NCBI GenBank assembly: GCA_010909165.1
Contig: MU008186.1
Location: 744,001-808,000, forward strand
Source: Anthoceros angustus
Lineage: Eukaryota > Plantae > Anthocerotophyta
DNA: 64,000 nucleotides
Reading direction: 5' to 3'
In this document: positions 50,560-61,989 of the stretch, in pieces
How positions within the stretch are numbered: position 1 is the first letter of the stretch
Layout: every line of letters starts with the position of its first letter
Translations under genes and position numbers: made by a program
Notes under the pieces: model-generated
What the model was told of the DNA's origin: nothing
What the model saw: the letters and a program-made list of their open reading frames with translations, nothing else
Databases searched by the model: none

Positions 50560-53058
50560 CGTTTGCTTTTGTTCCCTTGACTTCAAGGCCTTCCCTTGAT
50601 GGGTCGCTTAGCCTTGCCTCCGAGTCTTCTCCGGACTCTCACGCAATCTTGTCTACCTCGGCCCTCGGTGGTAGGTCCCAGTGGTAGGAGGTTCCATTCC
50701 TCCTACCGTTCATCCTTATGGGTTCCTCCCCTCATCTTCGTCTTCTTGGTAGGCGGTTCGTCTCCTACCAGTTTGGATCTTGCTATGGGGTTCCTTCCCT
50801 CACGGCACAGTTTCGTGGCCGGAGGTACCCTTCCTTGGTCTCCTCCTCCTCTTCAGCAGTTCCTACAGTAGGAACTTTGGTGATACCATCCTACCATCAA
50901 TCTCCTCCCCTTGATGCTCCACCGTCTCGGGAGGTCCTCTGGCGTCGCCGTGGGTGCTTCTTGACTCGCTTGTTCGGCTATCCAGCCGCCTTTCCTTGTA
51001 CCAACTCAAAGTTTGACCTCGGCTGCCATTCCGCTTCGAGCGGTGAGGTCATTTCTTCGTCTTCCTCCTTTGGCGTTCCTCAATCGCTTCTAGGAGGTTG
51101 TTGTAGTAGGTCGCCACCCTACCACTCTCCTTCTTTTGTCGTCCATGATGCGGACCCTTAGTGGGATGGCCTTTTCGTCCCACCCGGCTGATTTGTCACT
51201 CCTACCGGCCTCTTTCTCCACTACCGCTCCCTCCAATTCCAGGGCAAGTCTCCCAATCTCCTTTTCCTTCTCCATGGCTTCCATCGCCATGCGTTTTACT
51301 ATAGCGTGATCGCCCTACTTTGCTCCCCTCGAATGAGACCCTCCAAAGATCGTTGGGCCATCAAAACTTCCTTCCGGTTCCTTGCCTCCGTCTCATAGGC
51401 GTGGGTAAGGTCGTCGGCCTTCTTCGTTCTTTGCTCCAAAAGTTCTCGTGTCTGAGCTCCTCTTTGTGACCCTTGGTCACATTGTCCCATCCTTGTCGTT
51501 CTTTCACCAAGCTGTATTTTCCCTTGTAATGCTCCTTCCGTTGCTCCATGGCTAACTTCTTCGTAGGAGGTCCTTCTCGTCTTCAAGGTCGGCCTTGCTA
51601 GGCTGAATCTTCCTCCTTGCTGCGTTCGATGCCTCCTACCCTTGCTAAGGTAGCCAATTTTCTTGCCTCCTTCTGGCGGTTTCCAACTCCTCGCCCTCTT
51701 GGCTGATTTTGCCTCTGCTAAGACACGGTCAATCATTTCCCACATTCACCAACTTGGTGGTCATCACGCTCTTTGGCGGATCTAGCAGTGTTGCTTCTCG
51801 GAGGTGGTTTTGAGCTCCTCTCAATTTCTTCTCGGCGTCCTCCGGCTCCTTTCGTAGGTCTCGAGTTCGGAACTTGACACCTCCGACATTGTCCACTAGG
51901 GCGTCCATAGATCCTGCGCCCACTTCCTCATCGGACTACCCTTTGGGATGCGGCATTCTCAAAACACTTCCTCTGCTCCTCCTTGGTGCGTGGGTCACCG
52001 TTCCTCGGCGTTCTTCTCTGTCTCCATCGGGCTAACAAGTCTGTTACTACCTCTTTGGTGGGAGGTAAAGCTCCTACCGTAGGTCCTCCATCCTCCACAG
52101 GTCCTCTGGTAGGTTCACTCCTACCAGTGTTGTCGGCCTTACCAATCCTCAACCCTCGGTAGGTGGTCTCGTATCCTTTCCTCCTTGTAGGAGGTACTTC
52201 TAGCCTTTTCCCTTTCTCTTGTTGGGTTCACGATCACGAGGCCTCATGTTGGTTCGGCGTGGCGGTCTCTTGCCCGGGGCCTCTGCCTGTCTCTTCATCC
52301 TCTGGGGGATGGCTCTCCTTCCACCACCCTCACGGAGTAGCTTCTATCTTGGCTTCTTCCGGCTCGTCGGTGAACCTCCTCCCTCGATATAGGTGTCTGA
52401 GGAAGGTAGAGACAAAGCGATTCTTGCTCCCTCCATCACCAAATGGTTGGTGCGCACTTTGTTCATCTGAGAATGGTGGCCCAATCCACCAACTTTCCAC
52501 AGGACATCTCATATATCATCATTAAATGGGAATTTCCAGTCGTCTTCCTGCGCGCACGTTAGTCCTAGCCATATCTTGGCGAATAAATTCCACTTCGCTC
52601 CTTGAGCGAGATCCTCCAGCCATTGCCTTGCGACCATACTTCCTCCTTTGGTCGGAACATACCATAACCTCCTCGGGATCGATTCTTGGAGGCGAGCGAA
52701 TGATCCCTCCTTGTGGGCTTAGGTATCAAATCGTATCACGGAAATGTCGTACCTTCCACATCCGGGATGACTTGAGTCGCATCCTCGGGGTGGCCGTCGC
52801 CTTGGTCACTCTCATTCGTCGCGCACACTCCACAGACCAAGGCGGGGCTGCAAAGTGCCACCAGGCACCAAATCTGACCATTCCATCTTCATCTCGGGCA
52901 TGGCGCTCGAGCGCCTCAAATCTCGGTGAAATTTGGGCGGCCTACCTACTCGAACTTCGGGGTGGGTGTTTCTTCCCTTTTCCCTTGTGGGCGGTGTGGC
53001 GGTGGAGGTTTCCTCCCGTGGGGGCGTACCCCGTTCCTATCCTCACTATCTTCACCAT
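50560..53058 (-). pseudogene. Long gypsy accessory ORF (same protein family as the family-A cassette), coiled-coil/Pro-Thr-rich C-terminal half; tail copies at 49035-49655 and 47750-48095
   Basis: ATG at 53058, HKGKGKKHPPRSSSR, IYEMSCGKLVDWATIL, coiled-coil pieces (51090-51923). Confidence 0.5.
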
Positions 53059-53689
53059 CGCAGGGAGCACACACAAGGATAGCAAGGTTGGAGAGATTGG
53101 AGTAATCTATCGGGCTAAGAGTGGTGAGCAAAGAGTGGTGGTTTGGGTGAGACGGCAAGGGAGCTTCCGTGCTCTCAGCAGTCGGCCTCCACACAACCTA
53201 GAGGTGGCCTTGGCCCCTTCAATCTCCCCTCCAGCAGTTTCTTCACCCGCCTGTCTCACGCCCGGCAAGCTCTTCCCTTCAGCGCCTCTCCAACAATCGC
53301 TCGTCCGCTTGAGTATCTCCACTTCGCGCCTGCGGACCTCCGAACTCCTCTTGGCTTCTCGGCCAGCATACTTGTGCGGTCGTCTGCGTCTCCTTATTGC
53401 CCTTCCTTGCGGTAGCATCGCCCGTCGCTCGCGCCCTCCTTGCTGCCTCCGAGCTTGCGCTCCTCCCAGTCTACGCGCGCTTGCAATCGCCCAATCGCTG
53501 CTCTGCTGCCTCGGCGTAAGCTCCTCTTACTCTTCGTTTGCGCCATCACTGAGTCACACGCCTCAGTTCAAACTCGGCTAACGAGTTTGCGGTACATGCA
53601 AATCCGACTTATCGCTCCTCCTCTTGGATCGCCATGTCGGTTCAAAACTCTGACTATTTTCTATTTACAACTTAACCAGCCCTATTTGG

Positions 53690-53731
53690 CATATATAGCC
53701 ATGCGGAATCTAAATAATTCGAAGGCCAAGG
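53690..53731 (-). promoter_or_regulatory. Internal promoter module CCTTGGCC...CTATATATG upstream of the 53058 ORF
   Basis: 26-bp spacing; same module as in the family-A cassettes. Confidence 0.55.
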
Positions 53732-54127
53732 AACTGCTCATCCCCGAATATTCCTATTTCCCCAAGGTCCAAGGAATTATCATTCCTATATATGCTCCTA
53801 TCTACCCATGCTTCCTACTAGGTCGAACCTTCTACGAGTTCGCCGACTCACTTAAGCCCCGAACTTCCCTCGGACGTCCGACCACCTTCCTACCTGTCTC
53901 TATCGTCCTACCTACTTCCTACCTACTCGATCGACACTACCCATCCTACGCGACAGTCTTCCCCCCTTCCGCGTCTGGGGTGACCAAAATTCTTCGTTCC
54001 ACAGTGGGCCAGAAAACCGATCGGGGTCTTTGGGTGCCGAAGTTCTGAACCAACTGAGGAGTAGCGACCTCCCCTGTTGTCCGTCCCAAAATCTCGAGTT
54101 GAGCAGCGATATGATCGAGGCGTTCAG

Positions 54128-54595
54128 CTAGATCCCGAGACCAAGCACAGAACTCCCGCTACCGACCAGGTGCAAATCCGTCGATTCGCTCAAAGTTGGG
54201 GTGGATTCACTGCCTCGAGAGGCCCAGCGTTGTAGAGGTTCCGCAACGGTCGCGAAGTGCAGGCTGCGCTCAAGAGAGGGGGCCTCCTCCTTGCTCCCAG
54301 ACACCAACTCCTCCTCCACAACCTCTTTCCTCTCGCTGTCGGTGAACTCCGCCCCTTCTTCCTCCGATCCATCCTCCCATTGACCACTGTCCTCTCCTTT
54401 GTGCGTCGTGGCAAGGATGGCCTCCTCTTCGATTACCCGTAACTCGTTTTCCTCCTGCTGTCGACGGGTGGCGGCAGCAGCAGTCTCTTCTCTCAATCGA
54501 TTCCTCCGTGAAGCTCGTAAATCTCTTGCAGCGACAGGCGGGGGTGACCTTCTACGTTCTTCTCCTCGGGTCTTTCCTCTACCAGACATCTGCAA
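54128..54595 (-). CDS. Arg-rich then Glu-rich ORF (155 aa), probably retroelement leader or gag-like ORF
   Basis: Uninterrupted ORF with strong purine/codon bias (MSGRGKTRGEERRRSPPP...EEEGAEFTDSERKEVVEEE). Confidence 0.4.
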   Translation of the reverse strand: MQMSGRGKTRGEERRRSPPPVAARDLRASRRNRLREETAAAATRRQQEENELRVIEEEAILATTHKGEDSGQWEDGSEEEGAEFTDSERKEVVEEELVSGSKEEAPSLERSLHFATVAEPLQRWASRGSESTPTLSESTDLHLVGSGSSVLGLGI

Positions 54596-55521
54596 GAATC
54601 CTCATGACCTCCAGCCCACAATCGTTAAGAAGGAGACAACTCACACCCTTTAGTGTCTCAACCGTTCACCCCTATGACAGCTAGAGGGCGTGAAGTTCCT
54701 TCTTCACAACATATGGTCAATCCTTAGTCCCTTCTCAAACATTCTGCAGCCTAGCGATGGAAACCACAAAACTGCAAACTTTCAGCAACAAATCCCGGCA
54801 GCGGGCGCATACCGCAAAAATGTGGAGGAAGGCAAGGGCTTAAGGCTTCCCCCTCTAAGCGTACACTTGTCCCTTTGTCGCTGCTTAAATAGATTTGGGT
54901 TTAGTCCCATGAGACTTGTGTGAAAGATCGGGTCTTGTGGAAAACAATCGCTACTGCGGTGTGCACAACTTCTGACCTTCCTAAACAAGCAAGAAACGCC
55001 TCTATCTCCCTCTTCTGACTAACCCACTTGCCTTGCTCAGAAAATCCCGCCAATCCTCGACCCTGCAATGACACAACACAATTGCACGAGTCTGCCTTAG
55101 CAATGAGCCCTACATGGCCTCTGTGAGGACCTGATCCTGCCATAATCCCTCGTCCCTTACTTTCTCGGAATTCAATCGTCTCTCCCACTTAGGGCCAGCA
55201 CACTTGCAGATTGGGGACTAGAACGAAAGTTTGGGCAACATGTATCCAAATTAGCCAAAAGACGAACAAGTTTGTTTTTTTTTTGCTAGGAACGATTGAA
55301 GAGGAGCATGCCAGGAAAACTTCTGAGAATCTTGAAGCTGGAGTCGTAAAATATTGTTAGGAACGTGAAGAGGATATCCCAGGAAGAAGAACGGGTCGAA
55401 ACGACTCGAGGGGGAGAGCACCGGAAGATTGGTAGGTCGCGACTACCATCGAGGGCTGCCACCCACGCCCGAGGGTCAGGTAGTGCGCAGACTGGTCATT
55501 CACGCGGTAGCCTGACGGCAT

Positions 55522-55568
55522 CTTGGCCAGGAAAAGCAACGAATATAGGAGGATATCCACTATATATG
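55522..55568 (+). promoter_or_regulatory. Internal promoter module CTTGGCC...CTATATATG, plus orientation; partial repeat at about 58137-58210
   Basis: 32-bp spacing; tatatgctca..gggaaataaata..ttaattag block recurs at 58140. Confidence 0.55.
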
Positions 55569-56236
55569 CTCATCCATAGGGAAATAAATATATAGGTTAA
55601 TTAGGGGTAGCGGCTAGAATAGAAAAATAGGGAGGATTAGGATTTTGAAATGATGAACCGGATCTAGGGTTGTGCAGCGTCCAGGTGGCGGTCATCCAAA
55701 GAAGGCGAATGAAGGCCAACTTCCTTCGAATCGAGGTAGCTCACTGTGAGGAGCCGAGACCGTGCTGGAGCGTAAGAGCAGAGGAGATTTAGAAAGCCGC
55801 CACTACCCCACTGCGGGTCGAGCCGAAAAGTGGCATGAGAGTCAAGGCAAGGGCGTGTGTGTGGAGCAAGGAAGGAACCTTAAGCGAGAGAAAAAGGAGG
55901 CAGCACGAGCCGAGAGGCTTCTAAAATCGTGGAAGAGTAGAGGGACATTGCGAAAGGAAAAGCCGCCAAAAGGGCGCGAGTTTGGGACGCGAAGCACAAG
56001 GTTAGAAAAGAGAAAGTGAAAAATCACGATCACCTACCGGCGACGCCTTGCCCTGAAGAAATCGCGAGGAGATTGGCGACAGCGGAAGCACGTCACCGAG
56101 CCTAACGTTGAAATTGTGTGTTGGGGTGGTTTTGTTTTCGGTCTCGAGGAGAAGGAGCGTTGGAGGCGAGGCCTCGAAACTGCCAGATTGGGGAGTAATT
56201 TCCTTCTTCCAAGCACTTGGAGGAAAGCCAGCCGCC

Positions 56237-57558
56237 ATGCCTCGAGCTGGGAAAGGCAAGGGAAAGGAGCCACCTGCCAAGGGTTCTTCCTCGCGAGGGG
56301 GCAAAGAGAAGAAGAAGGCGTGCAGAGGTCATACGCTGTGAAGTGAGCTTGTAATGCCCTTAAGTTACGGTTTGGCAGGCAGCTCAACCCGGCGATTGGT
56401 TGATTTTCGCACGGGCGTATGATAACATCCATTGGGATGGGTGTATGGCCGCCAATGGCCCACACCAATTCTGGAGTTGATTGAAGAATGCTTCATCAAT
56501 CTCCATCAACTGGAGGCAGCAACCTAAAGCGTGTTACTCTAAAGGGGAATGCTCGAACGGATCCCCACCGCCGACCGTGAAAAGCATTAAGCAGTGACAG
56601 TGTATGGGAGGTCGGGAGGAGGAGAGCTCCTAACTGCTCTCATGAAAGGTCGAATGGAGGGAAGAGGGACCGCCCTCTCAGGAAATCCCTAAGAGTTCCT
56701 TGACACATGATGGACGGAGAGGTGAAGGCCCATTTACGCCAGAATGGCTGGAAAACGTAGAGCATCAAGGAGGCTGAAGTGGAGGCTCTTAGCAAAGGTG
56801 TCTTGAGGTCAAGTTGGTGAATTACCAACGAACTTTATGTTCAGCACCAACTTCCTCCAATTTTTGTGGAAAATTTCCATGGAGCCAAAAGCCGGATTGG
56901 GGAACCATTATACATGAAGCGTACATCCACCATCGGGAGAAACTCCTCAAGCAATTCGGTGGATGAGGAAGGGCCTGTGCTGCTACCTCGGCACCTATTT
57001 GGTGCATTTTATGGGAAACAGGAGGGACTTCTCACAAGCAAGGAGCTTGAGGATGCTGGCATCCCTTTGAAGTCATCCACCAGCCAAGTTTGGAAGGCCT
57101 TTTGCCTTTTGCATTATGGAAGATGGGAGTCGACCTCCAAGCATGCCAAAGACCAAGAGCGAAGAAGAGGGGCAGAAGATCACGAGTGGGGAGGCTTTCC
57201 CCACAAGAACGAAGAAGAGAAGAAGAGCAAGATCCGGCCAAGGAGGCCAAGTGGTAGTTTCTGAGGAGGAACTACCACTCGGGTGAGGTCCATGCATGGA
57301 GTCCCACCGCCTAGGGGCGGCCCTGCAAAGGGTGGGCGGACTAGTGGTGGCAGCCTACCAGTAGGTAGGCAACTACATGACAGGGAACTACCCTCGGTAG
57401 GCGGGCAGCTCTGGCCAGGTGAGTGCGACCCTGGCGGAAAGGAAGGAGAAAGCGGTGTGAGGCAGCGGCAAGGCCCGCCATCGCCCGCGGGTGGAAGGCG
57501 GATGGGGGCGGTGAGGGACCCAGCGCCCGGCCGCGTGATGGTAAGTGGGTCTGGGTAA
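56237..57558 (+). pseudogene. Gypsy accessory ORF, plus-strand copy
   Basis: GCCGCCATG start, MPRAGKGKGKEPPAKGSSSRG, PILELIEECFINL, KPDWGTIIHE. Confidence 0.5.
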
Positions 57559-58449
57559 ATTTCGAAGAAGCCAGTGGATTAGGTATAGGAGACTGGGTGC
57601 TTGTGAAGCACTCGGCCAGGTAGACCCAAAGAATGGCTGGGGCGGGGAAACTTGGAGTTGAGTGGATGGGACCCTGAGTGGTGGCGAAAGGAATGGATCC
57701 GTGCAGCTGCAGAGGGTGCTGAAATCCAACTAGGAGTAATGCAGTGGAAGGTTGACAGTACCTTGAGGTACCGTTGTACAGCATAAGCGGTGAGGAAGGG
57801 GTATATGGAATGCAAAGTTTGGGCAGGTCAAAGCAGGCCAAAGGAGCCACCGAACTTGATTTTTTGCTAAAATCGATTGGAGGGATCATCTTGGGGGTTT
57901 TAAAGAAATCAAGGCTGAGTTGTATACTATTAGGAGGCATAGGAAAGTGATCTTAGGGGAAGAAAAGCGGGTCAAAATGCCAAGGCGAGAATGGTGTGCA
58001 GCTAGAACGTGGTGAGCTGCGGACTACCATGAGCCACACCTCGCCGGTGGAGTGAGAAAATGTGCCTCCTCCATGTCAGGTGGAGTGACCACCTTGATGG
58101 TGTGAAGATCTCGACTAAAAAGTCTAGAATAAATGGATCCTCCATATATGCTCACCAATGGGAAATAAATAAATGGGATTAATTAGAAGTTCATTAGTTA
58201 GGGGTGGGAAATGGACAAAGATAGGCAACAGAACGCCGTTATTTTAGGACGGTTAATCTCTAGGGTAGAGACCTCCGGTGGCGAGGCCATCAAGTAGAAA
58301 TGGACTCGAGGCGAGTCACTCCTTCGCCATAGAGTTGGGCGGTAGTAGCGCCAAAGGTGGAAGATGGCGAAGGAGGAAGAGTAGCTGACCCACTTCCAAC
58401 CACTGCGAGAGGAAGATGCGGCCTGACCAACTCTAAAGGACACCGACTG

Positions 58450-60790
58450 CTTACCCCTTTGTTATGATGTTTCTCTCAAATAAAACTTTATATGCCCTTT
58501 GCCGCTCGTAGGGTCACGTGAAATCCTTCCTCATCCTTCAACTTCCACCATCTTACAAATTACAATAGTCGTGGCCACGGAATGTCTTGCTTCCCTTGCT
58601 TCCATTGGGTAGGTGGCTTGATCGGTCCCACAAAATCGATTCCCCACGCACGAGACTAGTGGTGAGTATATAGGTGAGGGGCCATTGTGGCCGACAATGT
58701 AAACCCAACCCTCTCGACATGCATCACACCTCGAATAAAATCCCACATCCTTTTGCATCGTAGCCCACAGCTTACGCATTTAAGATCTTCTTCGGCCGTC
58801 ACTGTGCACAGAATAGTGGCCGCCTCTTACGCACATGTAATGCCTGCATGAGCGGCAGTCTTTGCTGTCTTGAGGCGTCGAGACATAGGAGATCTTCTCG
58901 TCCGGGCCAAGCTTGTATAGGATTCCTTCCCTTAGGCAATAGGGTGCGGCTTTATGAATAAAGACTGCGCGCCCTTCTCGAGATAAACCATCAGGTATGG
59001 TGCCATGCTCCAGGAACTTGCGGACTTCGCCGTTCAGCAAATGTCTTGGGCATGGTTAACCCTCACGTTCAAGTCAGTTCCGCCGTTTCCGGCGGATAAA
59101 CCAATGGCGATCCCTTGATAGGAGTCGTCTCATTCATCAAATCTCGCCTTTCCTTCTGTTCGACTCGAGCGTCAGAGCCTCTGTGCTGCAATTTGGTCGT
59201 CCGCGCTATTATAGTATAAAGAGATTCTTTAAAAGCATCCCTCTGGGTGCTTTGTTGATCTGACCTTCTGCGCTCGGGTCGGGGCCAGGGTTCCTTGGGC
59301 GACCTCTTGCCGTAACCCCCCTCTTGGCCGCCTACTTATCCATCATCATTGTCGAGCCCATGGTAGACCAATGGATTCTCCTTGTAGCTCCACGCTGCGA
59401 GCACTTCCGGATATGAACTCTCCACCATCTTCCTTCTGCGCGCGCTATGTGGGTCTCGAGGGCCATCCTCACCTGCAGGCCTGGCGGTACCCTCCCTCGG
59501 CCACGTACAGCCACCATCGGCGGCTGCCACAATGGTCCTCCTTCCTTTCGGCGTGGAGCTCCTCTGCCAAGTCCCTCATCATTCTTCGCCATACATTCTT
59601 ATGGCCTCCGGCAGCCCTCCTGCAGCCTCGGTACTCACCACAGGGTGGGTCGCTGGCGGCTGCGCCCTGTGTGCCCTGGCTGGCACTCCATCACCTCTCC
59701 CGCTGGGTTTCTAAGTCACCCAGCGCACGGCTGCTTGCGCCCATCTCCTCTCAAGCATTGGGTTGTGGCGACCAATGAATTCTTCGTCGGTGGTTCAACC
59801 GGTCATGGAGTGGCCTCAAGTGGATTCTACTCGGTTTTCGGACGAAACAGGCCAGTAAATCTGCATTGGATGTTAGCTTCTCGCTTCCGACTGGTTTCCA
59901 CACTTGAAATCGTGAATTCTTATGTATAGTACCCACCTAGCTTCTCCAAAGTCACGATAAATCGACATTTGTTCTAAGGTATTTCAACGAAATGAGTCCA
60001 CAGATAATGTCTGCCCCTTGCAAGCCCGGCCAAATAATGTCTAAACTTCTTACAGGTAGATGATCTGACCTCATAAGGCTCCATGGTGCGAGTAGTTCCT
60101 CTCGGCATCAGTGAGCTGTCTCCCGGCATAGAAAATTGGGTGATCCCGTTTCTTTTTAGTTTCATCCTTGACTCAAGATATATCCCCAGTAGCAGCATGG
60201 CGGACATCCATGTATACATGGCTTGGCTTCTCCCAATCACAGGGTTGTATAGCGTTGGAGCGCAAGAACCTATAAAGATTGAACTTCCATGACATGTGGT
60301 CATCTCAGACTCCATCCCGACGCGCAATAAGAAGCTCATCTCAGAAATATCTTACCTCGTCAATAAAAGACATTTTCTTCCGCTTGTCGACATTGTGTTA
60401 TGGTCGGTTGCAAGAACTCTATCCGCACCGTGAAGCTGCTGTGATACATGCCTAACATATTGAACGGACTTCCTCATAACATTCGCCAAATGCTTCATAG
60501 CAAGATATGTGTGGTTCCCCAAGTACCCATAATATATCTTGGCCTCAATTTCCAACTAACTTGCTAATATCGTGCACCCCGGTCAATGCAAGAATGGTAG
60601 AACCCTTCTTCAATCCTTCCTCTAAATAACTCAGGCTAGGTGGTTTGACCATGCCCTCGCTCCACCCCCTGATTTACCGGTGTAATATAAGATGCAGTTT
60701 CAAATTCTCAAGCTTTTACCAAGAATAAGTCTCGAACAACTTTCTTCATAGGCAGAGTCCTAATTATTGTCAATGGGTTGATTCTGATGG
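58450..60790 (-). pseudogene. pol: Ty3/gypsy pol fragment (RT end, RH, INT N-terminus) with about 700 bp of extra sequence at about 59060-59750
   Basis: KKFRHYLAG, KPVG...NADLL, RKFLEHGTIP..PYCLREGILYKLGPD, RCDAC, GNRFCGT (WGIDFVGP-like). Confidence 0.8.
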
Positions 60791-61270
60791 CATCTTCAAG
60801 CCTTCCCATCTCGTCATCGCACATGGACAACAAGCTATGTTATCCGAGTGGGCTTCACTCACTGCTTTCCTTCCCGGATTTCTTCTTCTCTTCCCAGATG
60901 GAGCCTCGCTATGTGAGCGACTAGTATGACCCAAGGCGGGCGCGTGCCCACCATGCCTTGCTCTCACTCGAGTCCCCCTGCCTCCATACCTCTGGTCTCT
61001 GGATGGAGCGTGACGGCAGTTCCTCAATCAGAAGCCCTTCTTTTGACCGCCCGCCCACACCTTTCGTACCGTCTCTTCCGCAACAATTACCGTGCGTCCA
61101 AATCAGGCATGCCGGCCGTGGGCGCCTTTGTCATCTTCATTGTATGTGATGAAAGCGAAGCAGGCACCTAAGACTCTGGTGGATTTGGATCTTGGTGAGC
61201 ATCCCCGGCATAAGCCCCGGCGCAAGTGCTTGATGATGATGATGGCATGTCTCATATGACATGTATGCCA

Positions 61271-61302
61271 TGTATGCATGTGCATGCGCATGCATGCGTA
61301 TG
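61271..61302. repeat. 32-bp perfect purine-pyrimidine alternation with a 14-bp palindrome TGCATGCGCATGCA and RY (CATGCA) motifs
   Basis: Read directly. Confidence 0.85.
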
Positions 61303-61989
61303 GAGATGAAGGATGACATGTGATGTATGTGGACATGTGTGATGTGTCATGGCGCATGCAATCTATATGCATGGTTATGCATGTAAGGCGCGGTGCTATG
61401 ACGATATATAGATAGCATTTATATTAGAAAATACATAAAATCATAAATCAAGGAAAAGGACGAATAGGCTGTTAAACACATAAAATATTATTATTTCAAG
61501 GCCAAGGAAAGTAGGATTATAAAGTGCCCACCATCGATACGGGTGGACACTTCATCGAGAACTCTGGGGTTTTGCCTATATATGTAGGCACCATGGATTC
61601 TTGGATTGTTGATGTTTGTCTTGTTCTAATAGACAGCCATACTTCCCCCGTCGTGTCTTTGTCTCCTAGAGGTTCTTGTGGTTCGTTGCATTGTCGGTTG
61701 GGAGAATTTTCCATCTTGATTTCACCACATCAACAATCCTCTTGTTGGGGACTAAGATACTGATCGGAGGAGACGTGGCTACCGGAGATTGGAGGAAGAG
61801 GCGGAAGTCGCCCACCATCCAACCTGTGAGACATGCGATCCGAGAAGGTTGAGTGTTGCGTAAAACACCGAGAGATAGGCTGATGTTTTTCGATGGATGA
61901 ATTTCGCCATTGATTATACATGCTTAGGTGTGGTAGTCTCACGATTGCCGAGTTAGCGTAATTGCGGAGAAGAGCCTCGCATACGCCCT

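Noticed and set aside
52526-53581. 351-aa plus-strand ORF, the longest non-RT ORF in the track
   Set aside because: Leu/Ser/Arg/Pro-rich shadow of the minus-strand accessory ORF and its purine-rich leader; no motifs
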